From assembly GCA_964016885.1 (NCBI GenBank), contig OZ024746.1:79484001-79548000 (forward strand): a stretch of DNA of 64,000 nucleotides. The letters are read 5' to 3'. The position numbers were made by a program, and so were the translations under genes. This document shows, piece after piece, positions 1-14,642 of this stretch (position 1 is the stretch's first letter; each line of letters opens with the position of its first letter). This DNA comes from Eledone cirrhosa. Lineage: Eukaryota. A model generated the notes under the pieces. It worked only from the letters and a program-made list of their open reading frames with translations, had not been told where the DNA came from and made no database searches.

Positions 1-20
1 ATATATATATATATATATAT

Positions 21-280
21 GCATACAGGTACACATACATATATGTACGCATCAGTTTAGCGGACGCTTATTATAGCACCCGCTTTGTTCGTTTGTAAAC
101 AAACTGAACAGCCTGAATTTATGCCGCACGGTGTTAAGGCAACCACGTCACCTTTTTGTTCAACACTGACACAGGAATGATGTACTAGTTTCAAGCTTGT
201 TAGCTATCATCAGCACCGTATACCCATCTGCCAGATAGTTGAACGTTCGAAAGTATATACTTTCGATATATCACTCGTTT
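21..280 (-). mobile_element. Diverged non-coding HHR-bearing element related to the 467-bp unit at 50965-52630
   Basis: Flanked by (TA)-rich arrays. Aligns by eye with 51040-51250, e.g. gacacaggaatgatgtactagtttc..tcatcagcaccgtatacccatctgccag vs gacaaggaatattgaactagtttc..tcatcagcaatatttacctatcttccgg. Confidence 0.7.
179..217 (-). ncRNA. Minimal type I hammerhead ribozyme motif
   Basis: Minus strand reads GGTG CTGATGA tAGCT aaca AGCTt GAAAC TA GTA CATC. It has the core, a 4-bp stem I, stem II and a palindromic stem III (ACTAGT). There is a U-U at the base of stem II. Confidence 0.8.
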
Positions 281-655
281 GTATATATGTTTGTATGTAT
301 ATATATACATAAATATATATATATGTATATATATATGTAAGTATGCACACGTATATACACACACATATATATATATACATACATACACATATGTGTATAT
401 ATATGTGTGTGTGTTGTCTGTATACTTACATTTATGTATCAGCTGTGCTAGGGCGACAAATAAAATTCGAAGTTTCAGCTTGGTCTCTCCAACTGACTCC
501 GAGAAGATAACAAGCTTAAACGTCCATGTGACTACTCCTTTGCTCACAAAATATAATGTACACATCTTAGTGTACACAACTTTACATGTATTGAATGCTC
601 ATTGAATTAAAGTTTGAATGTTTAAGTAATATCGTATTCGAAACATCCATTCTAT

Positions 656-716
<61 letters not shown>

Positions 717-720
<4 letters not shown>

Positions 721-1265
721 ATAATAATATATTTGAAGACTAAAATCCAAAGAGGGTTCGATAAGGATAAATATATATCAAATATATAAGAACCCTAGAG
801 CAATTCTTTGCTTAAACTTTAATCTGTTATTTTAATAAATATATATATATACGGGGTAATAAATAATAGTTAAATGCAGTCCACTTAGGTATAGTCCAGT
901 TATGGTATTCCAGGTAGTGGATGATATTAACGCTTGGCTTGGTTTGACTCAACAAGGCGTTTTCATAGTGATGCTGCGGGTATGCTGTAATTCCTATGTT
1001 GTAAACACTTGGAGTAATAATAAATCAGGAAAGAAGGTTGACATGGTTTGCTATACAAAAAAGGTTTTTAATCTCATAGCTGACAATTGTTTCTCTGAAC
1101 TGGTAGGTCTAGAGATCGCTATTCGCTTGTTTTCACGTTACTCGATCGAGTAACGTGAAAATAAGCGAATAGCGATCTCTAGACCTACCAGTTCAGAGAA
1201 ACAATTGTCAGCTATGAGATTAAAAACCTTTTTTGTATAGCAAACCATGTCAACCTTCTTTCCTG

Positions 1266-1270
<5 letters not shown>
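717..1270. mobile_element. (TA)n-flanked fold-back element with a 250-bp terminal palindrome (Penelope pLTR-like)
   Basis: 1021-1145 is the reverse complement of 1146-1270 with no spacer and one mismatch seen. Each arm carries GAAAC AATT GTC (1198-1209), an HHR 3' half. (TA)n lies on both sides. Confidence 0.7.
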
Positions 1271-1319
<49 letters not shown>

Positions 1320-1462
1320 GGAGGGAGAGAGAGAGAGAGATGTGAGAAAAACCACAGACCCTCCATCTCAACTCTACTTTTGAAAAGCAGAAGAACTGCG
1401 AAACTGGTAAAGGAACGAAATAAATATATATATATTTTTTAAAAATAAGACTCTAGTTGTGC

Positions 1463-1513
<51 letters not shown>

Positions 1514-2169
1514 TGTTTGTGTGTGTGTGTGTGTTTATATAACGGACTCGCTCGTCGCTTTCGACACATAAGGGCCAGAAATTTTACTTTTTTACTCCCC
1601 ATTTTAGTTTCTGTCCCCTTGTGAGACACTAAAGCTGCTTTGCGTTTGAAAATGAGGCAGCACCCATTACAAAGACTTCCCCTGGTTTAGCTTCTGATGC
1701 CACTTTGACGTGTTTCTCCATACTTGTATGTTTGATATTGTCTTTCGTATTATCCTTGTATCTAGGCCTGTTCCTACGTTTCAGCCCTGCCTCACTGGAA
1801 GTTAAACATAATTGAGAATTTGTTGAAGTCTTTCTTCATTCATACTATCATGGCTAGCCCCTTTTATCTAGGACTAGGCGAAGAAGGCCTCTTTGCTTGG
1901 TATATCCCATTTATAAAACAACCCATCATATCTTCTTCTTCTTCTTCTTCTTCTTCTTCTTCTTCTTCTTCTTCTTCTTCTTCTTCTTCTTCTTCTTCTT
2001 CGTCTTCTTCACTCGGTGGGACTGGTAACATCCTGGCTCTGCTATCCCAGAGGCGCCATCGTGCTTAGAATTGATTCAACAATTACTATTGAATCTGGTG
2101 TCACTGTCCAAATTTCTGAATATTATCGTGAAACCATGCTATGGAAGTAACCACAGGCTCTCTCTTACA

Positions 2170-2234
<65 letters not shown>

Positions 2235-2269
2235 CCCTCTCTCTCTCTCTCCACTCTCTTTCTCTCCGC

Positions 2270-2322
<53 letters not shown>

Positions 2323-2359
2323 GTGTATATATATATATTTTATATATATATATATATGG

Positions 2360-2390
<31 letters not shown>

Positions 2391-2418
2391 CATATGATGT
2401 ATATACACACACACACAC

Positions 2419-2449
<31 letters not shown>

Positions 2450-2725
2450 CATATAGATATATATATACATATGTATATATATACATATATATATGTATAA
2501 TATATATGTATATATATATGTATATATATATGTATGTGTGTGTGTGCGTGTGTCCGCGTGCGTGTGTTTGCATACATATTCTGGATTATCATTTGTCGCC
2601 TATCTTATAATGATCGATGAACTGATAGTTAATCTTCCTCTAGTTTCTGAGCCAAAATTAATTGAGAATAATCTAATATGAACATTTCAATGATAAGAAA
2701 TTAAGTGAGTCGTTATTTTTGAAAA

Positions 2726-2756
<31 letters not shown>

Positions 2757-3074
2757 ATATATTATAACAGTAACAACTGCCAAATCTGACCTATACTGTT
2801 ATTTTATTTTGTTGATGTTTTTATATTGATTAATTGATTCGATACTAAGTAAGACATATTTGAACGAATCAGCTCTGTCGTTTAAAAATGAAATATTGAC
2901 TGAAGGCTCTGTTAATTTGTTACAGTACAGGAAGCAACGTCAATTATAGAGGACAATATTTCTCATCGAGAAACGACCAATAGCATTCTAGTATTAGAAT
3001 GGGTCCTTCAGTTTTGAGAGCGTTGGCCAACGAAGCCAAATAATGGTTTCAACCAATGCAAGAATCCTCAAAAG

Positions 3075-3611
3075 CCATACATACATGCATGCATACATAC
3101 ATACGTACGTACGTACATACATACATACATACATACATACATACATACATACATACATACATACATACATACATGCATACATACATACGTACCTACGTAC
3201 GCACATACATTCGTACGATTCACAGAAGAAACGATTGCAGCAAGGAACGACGAAGATTTCCTTTTCTTTGTAATCTTACCTCCGCGAACTTGACCGTTCA
3301 AAAGTAAACTCAAAATTGAAAGGGACAATACATACATGCTCACCTCCTCCCCACTCACACATACATACACACGTGCACACAGAGACACACACACAAACAT
3401 ATATATATAAGTTTGTGTATATGTGCGTGTGTGTTTGTTATGTGTGTATGCATGAGTGCGTATCACATAATGTAATATAATTGTTTCTACTTTTGGCACA
3501 AGGCCAGCAAATTCCCAGTGCATTACTGGTACTTTATTTCATCCACCCCGTAAGGATGAAAGGCAAAGTTAACCTCGGCGGGATTTGAACTCAGAATGGC
3601 AAGGGCCGTAA
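3075..3611 (+). repeat. Copy 1 of a local duplication ((TACA)n + unique sequence + SINE part)
   Basis: 3185-3611 closely matches 6470-6900 with scattered substitutions. Confidence 0.9.
3477..3611 (-). mobile_element. tRNA-derived SINE family A (Meta-domain-like), truncated
   Basis: Reverse complement of the 32316-32508 copy: B box gagttcaaatcc, central tttcatccttacggggt..aaataaagtaccag. Confidence 0.85.
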
Positions 3612-3726
3612 TGTAATATAATATCATATCGTAATACTATAAGTACTACTCACCACCATCGTTATCGAGTATGGCCATTGCACGAGAAGAAAAAAAAAAA
3701 AAATAAAATAAAATAAAATAAAATAA

Positions 3727-3782
<56 letters not shown>

Positions 3783-3884
3783 TAATTAATTAAAAAAAAA
3801 AAAATATATATATATATACATACATACATATATACATACACACATACATACACATATACACACACACACACATACATTAATAAC

Positions 3885-3915
<31 letters not shown>

Positions 3916-4021
3916 GCAATAATAATAATAACGACAACAACAATAATAATATACATATTCATATATATATACACACACACGCACGCACATAAGCATATCT
4001 ACACACACACACTCACACACA

Positions 4022-5953
4022 CACGATAACAACTAACAGCGCTGCGATCGAATGTGGCTTTTTAGCCCAGCCAATGATCTAAAATGTCTTGCACAGAGTC
4101 GGCAACCAAAACATTCACTGGGAATAGCAGGCTGTGGTTGGAGTTCATGTACTTTTGCATGTCGTTTGAGCCCTCATGTTGATTTACATTCTCTACCACA
4201 TGTTTGGCAAGCATGATGAGTAGCATCTCCAACAGCAGCCTGGTAGTCAACCACTGGTCTTACTTTATGACTGCGAAGATGACTTTAGAGTCCAGCTTTG
4301 CTTAAGCAGAGTCTCGCACAGACACTGCATGTCAGCACCATAGGAGGACCCTCTCCGCCTGGAAGTGCAACAGCAATGCCCTTCCTCACATCCCGCTTTA
4401 CTTTCTCGTATGCGATTTGAGATGCCTCAAAGGCAACTTTTCCCTCATATACAGTCTTTCTCCATTTATTACGATCAGCAGCAATATTTTCCCATGTATC
4501 AGCAGAGATGTTAGCGTCTTTCAAAGAGACTTTCAAGGAATCCTTATACCTCTTTTTTGGTTTATGTGGCGGTCGTTTTCCTTTAACTAACTCTCCATAA
4601 AAGAGTTGTTTTGGTATTCTAGAATCCTTCATCCTGGCAAGGTGACCACTCCAACGGAGTCGTTGCTTAAGCACAAGAGCTTCTATACTGTCACCCATAG
4701 AGCTTTCCAAAATCTCCATATCACTGATGTGGTCCCTCCAGTGAACGCCATGGATCCGTCTGAGACACATCTGATGGAAACGCTCCAATTGCTTAAGGTG
4801 GTGTCGATATGTGACCCAGGTCTTGCAGGCATAAAGAAGAGAAGAGAGCACACCTTTACCGTTGTCTTCTTGCATATGTCTCGCCGACCCCAGAGTCGCC
4901 TTTCTAGCTTTCCGAAAGCATCACTTGCTTTCCTAATCCTAAGTGAGATTTCACTATCAAGGTTGCTGTATCGATTGACAGTGCTTCCCAGGTAGACAAA
5001 CTGATCAACCACTCCAAGTCGTTTACCATGCACATAGATATTTGGTTCAGTGTACTGCTTACCAGGGTCAGGTTGGTACATGACGACGGTTTTCTTGAGA
5101 CTGACAGTCAATCCTAGGTCAGTGCAAGCGTCAGAAAATGTATTCAAAATGTGCTGCATATCACTCTATGTGTGCGCTACAAGATCGCAATCATCTTCAT
5201 ACAAGAGGTCTCTTATGATTGATGTAAATATTTTTGTCTTTGCAGCAAAGCGCCTGATGTTAAATATGCTGCCTGAGGTTCGATATCGGATGTAAACACC
5301 ATGCTCGCAATTGCTGAATGCAATACAGAAAACCATTGCAAAGTATATGGCAAACAGGGTCGGTGCTGGAATATCCCCCTGTTTCACTCCATTTTTTACT
5401 GAGATAGGCTCCGACATGTTACCTCCGACATTAACCCAAGCCTTCATGTCGTCTTGGAAAGACCTAACTAAAGCAAGGAACTTATCAGGGCAACCAAGTT
5501 TCTGGAGAACCTTCCATAATGCATTTCTGTTAACAGTATCGAAAGCTTTTGTCAGATCGACAAAAACCTGATACAGATCCAAACCTTGTTCCGTGCACTT
5601 CTCCTGGAGCTGTCTAGCTGAGAAGATCATATCAGTAGTGCCGCGTCCAGCACGAAAACCAGATTGACTTTCAGGGAGATCACAATCTGCAATGTGTGTC
5701 AGCAGACGGTCCAGAAGCACCCTACATAAAACTTTCCCTACGACAGAAAGCAATGATATACCTCTGTAGTTCCCACAATCATTCCTGTTACCCTTTCCCT
5801 TGTACAAGACCACCATTACTGCATCTCTCCAGTCCTCAGGTACGGATTCATTAGCCTATATCCTGCCAAACAAAGAGTGAAGATGTTGCAGGAGTCTCTC
5901 ACCACCATATTGTAGGAGCTCAGCATGTATGCCATCCATATCTGGAGACCTTC
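4022..5953 (-). mobile_element. 5'-truncated, disrupted RTE-clade LINE (RT + C-terminal C2H2)
   Basis: Motifs NYRGISLL, QSGFRAGRGT, FVDLTKAFD, GVKQG, YEDD (degenerate YADD), YLGS, LRWSGH and CSVC..H..H. Has stops and a frameshift, with a (GT)n 3' tail. Confidence 0.93.
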
Positions 5954-6034
5954 CATACATACATACATACATACATACATACATACATACATACATACAT
6001 ACATACATACATACATACATACATACATACATAC

Positions 6035-6456
6035 AACCGGCCTGATATTGTAGTTTGGGACCACACATTGAAAACGTGTTCTGTTGTGGAGATCAGCTGC
6101 CCACTTGATGTAAACGTTGTCAGAAAAATACAGGAGAAGGAGGACATCTACGGACCATTGATGAGGAGTTTACAAATCCAGTATCCAAGATACACCTTTA
6201 GCTTCATACCCATCATTATTGGTGCTACGGGTTATATACCAACCCGCTTGGACCAAAGTATGACTGAACTTGGATTTGCGGACAAAAAGCGCAGCTCCCT
6301 AATTCATAGTCTACAAATGGCTGCGATAGCTGGCACCTTCAAAATTTGCAAAACATTCTTGCGATTCAAGGGATGACAATTTCTTTTCTTTTACAACCTT
6401 GCCACCAGGAAGGTGGCCGGTCAAAAAATATACTCAAAATTAAGAGAAAGAGAAAA
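6035..6456 (+). mobile_element. 3' fragment of an RLE-type non-LTR retrotransposon (R4/Dong-like) within (TACA)n
   Basis: Open frame 6035-6376 [28 protein letters not shown] is a restriction-like endonuclease signature. A short 3' UTR follows, with (TACA)n on both sides. Confidence 0.85.
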
Positions 6457-6765
6457 CATACATACATACGTACGTACATACCTACGTACGCTCATACATT
6501 CGTACGATTCACAGAAGAAACGATTGCAGCAAGGGACGACGAAGATTTCCTTTTCTTTGTAATCTTACCTCCGCGAACTTGACCGTTCAAAAGTAAACTC
6601 AAAATTGAAAGGGACAATACATACATGCTCACCTCTTCCCCACTCACACATACATACACACGTGCACATAGAGACACACACACAAACATATATATATATA
6701 AGTTTGTGTATATGTGTGTGTGTTTATTATGTGTGTATGCATGTGTGAGTATCACATAATGTAAT

Positions 6766-6956
6766 ATAATTGTTTCTACTTTTGGCACAAGGCCAGCAAT
6801 TACCCAGTGCATTACTGGTACTTTATTTTATCCACCCAGTAAGGTTGAAAAGCAAAGTTAACCTGGGCGGGATTTGAACTCAGATCATAAAGGACCGTAA
6901 CTCTATGCTGTAAAGCATGGCGTCCGACCATCTACCGATACTGGCAATCCACCGCA
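6766..6956 (-). mobile_element. SINE family A, near full length
   Basis: Reverse complement of the family A pattern, including the A/B box region. Confidence 0.88.
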
Positions 6957-7493
6957 GTAAAATAAAAATAATAACAAACACTTGGTCCTTCCGAATGACA
7001 ATCCACATGACTTCTTCTGTAGTTGTTTTAGTTATAAACTAAGAAGAAACAAATGTAAAGTTTGCTGTAAATGAATAATGTAATTGTTTACAGGAGAAAT
7101 TGATCTCGAAGAAGCAAACTAATGAACCCCGATTTAAATGATCAGTACTGCCGTTATTTGAACCATTGGAATTGATGTTTCAGTCAAAGGAAGCTACAGT
7201 ACTTATGATCTTTTATGTGGACTCGGAAACTGAATAGAACATGGGAAGAAATTATCTTGTCAGTAGAATACTTGTAATAGTATGTACTCAGTTAACGGCC
7301 CTGAATGTTCAGGTGATAATGGTAAACACAGCAATAGGATTAAGTCTACAGTCCCCACCCTTCTCCAAAAAACAGGATCGATCTTTCCGACAGACTTCCA
7401 TACGGTTTCCGATGACAAGATTTCGCTCACAGCATCAATATCATAACAATTATTATCGTTTATATGCTAAATTAGCGGAATTATAAACAAGAG

Positions 7494-7706
7494 CAACAAC
7501 AACAGCAACTACTACTAGTACTACTACTACTACTACTACTACGACTACTACTACTACTACTACTACTACTATTACTACTACTACTACTACCCCCACCACT
7601 ACTACTACCACCACCACCACAACCCAAGCCCCACCACCACCACCACTACCACTACTACTGCTACAACCACCACCACCACCACCAACACCAACACCACCAC
7701 AACCAA

Positions 7707-7758
<52 letters not shown>

Positions 7759-8170
7759 GCTGCTGCCGCCGCCGCTGCTATGCTGCTGCTGCTGTTGTTG
7801 CTGCCACTGCTGCATACGCTAATGGTGGATGTAAAAATGTGTAATGAGAAAGAATTAGAAAACGAAGTCGCTTAAGTAGAGTAAAAACACAAAGAAATGT
7901 AACAAAATTAAACAAATAAATAACAATAACAACATCATTATGGTTACAATAATTACGCCAATTAAAATCATTCATTAACAGTTTTAAATGACGCTGATTA
8001 GGGTGATAATGTAAATGATTATATACGTGGTGATGATGGTGGTGGTGGTGGTGGTGTTAGTTATGGTGTTCATCGTAGACATCACTGTGGTGATGGTGAT
8101 AATGATGTGTTTGACGATGATGATGATGATGATGATGACAGTGACAACAATGACGATGATGATAGTGATG
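7494..8170. repeat. Compound trinucleotide microsatellites (ACT, ACC, GCT, GAT)
   Basis: Directly visible tandem triplets, with a short unique stretch in the middle. Confidence 0.9.
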
Positions 8171-8599
8171 ACAATTCTGTTGAGAAATTATCTGCTAAAC
8201 ACTTATGCAGCGTAGCAGACTCTCATGGGATATGGCCAGTCACAGGATTTGGTTCTAGTATGGACTGTGTAGTGGAACATGCATGCGTAGTAATTTTCTT
8301 TGTGAGTTCAGAGCAAAAAGGTTTCAAAATCTAAGATTTACAGAGCTCAAACTGTAAGGTGAAATTATTTCAATATGGAGGCTAGGGGCCATAACTAGGA
8401 GAAAGGGGAACATATTGTAAAGTTAGCCAATGGCCCTAAATACACAGAGCTTGACTCTTTAGACATGCACACAACATACACGCACAAACATAGATATATA
8501 TGTGTGTGTATGCATGTGTATACATAAAAATGAATATATTCAAACATATACATACATATATTAAATATTTTTTACGCAAAAACACAAAAATATAGACAA

Positions 8600-10052
<1,453 letters not shown>

Positions 10053-10814
10053 GAACGTGTGTATGCGTGTGTGAGCATGAGTGTGTGAATGTACGTGTAT
10101 GTGTATGTTACAGTTAAATATGCATATATTAAAAGAAATACTGTGTTAAATGTAATATCATGCTATTGCTGCCTTTCATTGAGACGTGAGGAAGAGACAT
10201 GGCTCCAAACCAATCCATACCTACACACTGATACGAGAACCTCACCTACAAGTAACATTTTTCATTCATAGCACATTTCTGCTATTACAAAGAGCTGAGT
10301 TTACTATTTAGATATATTCTATTCACTAAACAAACATCAAACCAAGTTTATTTTATGATTTTAATGATTTTACAACACCATTCAGTTGTTAAAGATTTAT
10401 AAGAGTAGACATGCTGATATTTCTTTTTCATAGTAGTACATAATGATGCACAGATGCACAAACATAAGCGTATATACATAAACCAACCACACATATACAA
10501 AGATGCATACATATACACGTTCACATACATATATACATACATACATACATGCATACATACATACATTCATACATACATACAAAGAAACACGTAGACACAC
10601 TATTCGATATATAAACATCCCTATATACTTATATAACTACAAGCACTGAAGCATATATAATGCTTTCATAAAAAGTCTGACATCAAGGGAAAACTTTATC
10701 TGGGTGCAATTCTAGAAAGTTTTCATTCACCCCTGCAAATCTTAATTCACACTCACCCACTCACACGCACCCATTCACATGTATACAAATAGAATTATAG
10801 AATTACACTTATAC

Positions 10815-10846
<32 letters not shown>

Positions 10847-11225
10847 GGTTCTTTTTTCCAAATACCACTTTGGAAGAAGAATCAGGATGGAGAGAGAGGT
10901 GCTGCACCCCAGCAAGTTTTATGAAAGGTGGGTGAAAGTGGCGAGAATGGCCCGAGTGAATGGGCCTTCTCTCTATATCAGCCTGTAGGTTGAGGAAAAG
11001 GAGGAGAAGAGGAAAGGAGTACAAACTCTTCGTACTCCTGGAGTTGAGGGTTGCACATTTTTTCGGGGGTATGTGTTACCCATATGAACTGTCTCCCCCT
11101 ATTGGGGAAAATCGACTAACTTTTAAATTGCATTTGTGATAACATTTTACACGTTTTTATTGTATGTAAACTTCCCCCTTTGTATTTGTCCCCATCTTTT
11201 GTGCCCCTGTGGCTAATAAAGAAAC
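10847..11225 (+). mobile_element. 3' end of a Tx1-like LINE relative within (TATC)n
   Basis: RIRMEREVL..ERWVKVARMARVNGPSL* matches the C-terminus of ORF 44597-48016. Shares the 3' UTR hairpin tccccctattgggga and the end gtggctaataaagaaa. Confidence 0.92.
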
Positions 11226-11226
11226 A

Positions 11227-11293
<67 letters not shown>

Positions 11294-11373
11294 GTATCTA
11301 TATATATATATCTATTTATCTATCTATCTATCTACCTATCTATCTATCTAACTATCTAACTATCTATCTATCT

Positions 11374-11618
11374 GCGCTCTTCCAATTCCTTTGGAAGAAA
11401 TGGGCTCCTTTGGTGAGAAGATCCATCTGCTGCCAATACCCTTCAAACAGAGGGCTAGGGTTGCCGTGGCTGGCGATGCGCAAACACGCGCTCAGGCTGC
11501 GGCACCTCCACGTATTCCTCACCGGACAACCTTCCCACAACTCGTCTCGCTGACCGAGCTGCAGTCCTGGGTCAAGCAAAGCCCGAGGAAAATGGGCGAC
11601 TGGCACATCGAATGTTTG
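11374..11618 (+). mobile_element. Internal ORF2 fragment of the Tx1-like family
   Basis: LFQFLWK..VRRSICCQ.P..GLG.PWL.MR.HALRLRHLH and FPQLVSLTELQSWVK match ORF2 around 47060-47330. The 5' junction is in (TATC)n. Confidence 0.92.
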
Positions 11619-11814
11619 TTTTTATATATGTGTTTGTGTTTGAATTTTTACAACAGTGTAGACTCGGCTAAAATTCTTTGAATGGCTATTTGATGGTCTC
11701 AAAGACGCTTATTTCAAATGTCTTCCACACTGTTATTGTGAAGGGAATTGCATTTGTAAGTTATTCAATTGATTCGATTGACAAGGTCACAGAATTTATT
11801 TGCTTCCCTATAGG

Positions 11815-12017
11815 GGTGGAACTCGTCAAATTGGACCAAGGAAACACGGTTTCCAATGGTATTTCCATTTCTCATGCTATCTACCGGTCGCAACTGCTGT
11901 CAGAAAGTGGAACATGAAATAATGCTCAAAGATATAACACATCGCCTGGTCCAGTTATCGAACTCACAATCTCGCGATTATGAATACAATTCTCTCCACT
12001 AAGCCACGCGCCTTCAC
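11815..12017 (-). mobile_element. tRNA-derived SINE family B (CORE-like)
   Basis: Minus strand gtgaaggcgcgtggcttagtgg..gtgagttcgat..tctttgagca..tttcatgttcc. Homologous to 25840-26053 and 58484-58610. Confidence 0.8.
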
Positions 12018-13578
12018 TGTAATATATTTGATGACACGAATTTATGTTAACAGTCATTTTCCTAATGTATCGCACTGTGGGGTCGAATCAGAAACCATAT
12101 CGTTTAGAAGCCAAATATCTAAAACAGGCAGCCATTCTGCCATTTATTTAGTTAAGTGTTTTACCTAACACACTGTAAGGTCAGCTTCTGAAGACTATTG
12201 GCAACATAACATGAGGAATCAATAATTATAGGTAAAATGTAAATGAACTGCAGACAACATAATTGCATACACATTTGCAGAATACTATGATAGTATCTAT
12301 ATCACCTATTCACAACACAACTCATCTGTTTTTATTACTGCACTTAATGAAATTATCACAATGCTATCATTTCTAATATTCATGCTTACGTTATATATCA
12401 ATGTAGGTGCCTCTAATTTGTCGCTAATTCTACAAGAAAGAGTGATCAAATTTGCTTCAAAGCAAACGATATCGTCTTCGGAAAAGGGAATTTGTTTACA
12501 TAATAAATGACAGTGATATTATATCTGGAAAAACAGATAGACGAAATGTTTACGGCTGTAACTCCTTTGACAATAGGACGTCTTAGTGAGAGTTCCATTA
12601 GACTGCAGTACGTATTACTCTTACTTCTATAGAAATATTTCCCTAGTCTTTATGACTTGACATGGACATGCCTTCAACAATGTTCCAATAAGAAGCAGCC
12701 TTCCATTTTTGAATCTTGTATTTCATTCTGTTTTCCGCCTGTATATAACACTAGATTAATTTTGTATAAACAAAAACATATTAATGCTATTTCTTACTAC
12801 GTATTGTATTGATAGCAACGTCACTCTATCTTTTGTTCATAAAATATTTCGAATTAATTTCCTATTTCTAAAAGTTGACGGCATATTCTCGGACATCAGT
12901 GGGAAAGCGTTACTAGCGCACAAAATCTTTACAATAACAACAAATGCTTCGGTTAACAGAATACTGAATACTATATTATTATTTAAACAATTATTTAAAG
13001 AATAACTCTATCAAGTCTTTATTTAACTACATCGGCTGGTCAGATATCGTGTATTGAAACTATATTGATATCTAACATTAGTACAAAGCCAATAATTTAT
13101 AGCTCAATGTGGTAATGGCTATTTTAGACACAATATTTAACTGGTATATATTTTATCAATACAAATAAGATTTGAACAGATTCAGCATATATAAAATATC
13201 TTTTTGAAGAACCTGATTGTCTGTCCTGTGTATTATTATCATAGAGAGATAAATTTACATTTTATAAAAATCGCATTAAATATTATAAGCCGATCACTAC
13301 CTATTGATACAGGAGATAGGTAAGTACAAAGAATTGTGTAGGCGCAAAGAATTTCAGTTTCATGAATATTTATCAATAAACATACTATGCATTAATTGGA
13401 CTATATAAAATTGTACGTATGTATAAGTTGCTGAATGCATGTGAATAGATTATATGTCAAGATTAACCACTTATGCATGCGAATCTATCTATGTATGTGT
13501 ATGTCTATGTGTCTATGTGTCTTTGATATGAGTGTATAGGTTTAAACAAGAGCTTCTATGAAAATGTATACCCATATT

Positions 13579-13654
<76 letters not shown>

Positions 13655-13943
13655 CGTGTGTGTGTATGTGTGCGTGTGTGTGCGTGTGTGTGCGTCTATC
13701 TAATATATATGTATATAAAGATAGATAGACTGATTGATAGATACGTATATATTTAAAAACATAATGAATATTATGTATAATAGTTAAGGCTGAACAATTT
13801 ATCCTTTGGAAAATTCATTTTTGATAGAATTCAATTCAATCTTTTGTGATTTAGCTCTAGGATAATTGGATTTATTAAGGCTCGAATCGTTAAATATAGC
13901 ACGTTAAGTATATATATACATACATACGTACATCCCTCTCCCC

Positions 13944-14013
<70 letters not shown>

Positions 14014-14015
<2 letters not shown>

Positions 14016-14207
14016 CGAAGGAGGTGTGGTAAGGAACCAGATGGACCATAACGCATCAGAGTATTCAATCCTTAGGGTAGTAGAGTGGGTAATAGGAAAA
14101 TGTTTAACCCCGACGGCAGAGCTCAAGCCGTTTAGACGGCTATTTCTGGACTGTCCAGAAATAGCTGTCGAAACGGCTTGAGCTCTGCCGTCGGAGTCAC
14201 ACATTTT

Positions 14208-14210
<3 letters not shown>
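14014..14210. mobile_element. ~200-bp hairpin-ended element in (TA)n, family H copy 1
   Basis: Palindrome 14093-14211 centred on 14152. Homologous to 14469-14645 and 52808-53013. Confidence 0.85.
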
Positions 14211-14271
<61 letters not shown>

Positions 14272-14412
14272 TACGCAATAACACTCACATATGTAGTTTA
14301 CAACAAAGTCATGATTGTAAACACGTGCCCACATAAACTCCAGCAATGAAGAAAAGAAATATATCAACACGCTATGTTCTAAGTTTTATAAGTATGTATG
14401 TATTATTATTAT

Positions 14413-14468
<56 letters not shown>

Positions 14469-14469
<1 letters not shown>

Positions 14470-14642
14470 ATAAAGAAGGTGTGGTAAGATACCAGGTGGA
14501 CCATAACGCACCAGAGTACTCGATACTTAGGGTGGTAGAGTGAGTAATAGGAAAAGAATCAGGACCCCGACGGCTGAGCTCCGAATACAGATCTAGCTGT
14601 TGAAACGGCCCGGAGCTCACCCTTCGAAGTCCTAACTCTTTT

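Noticed and set aside
12200-13320. Unique AT-rich stretch considered as a host exon or a decayed Polinton polymerase (GYFRH-like words)
   Set aside because: No long open frame, and the resemblance is too weak without a profile search.
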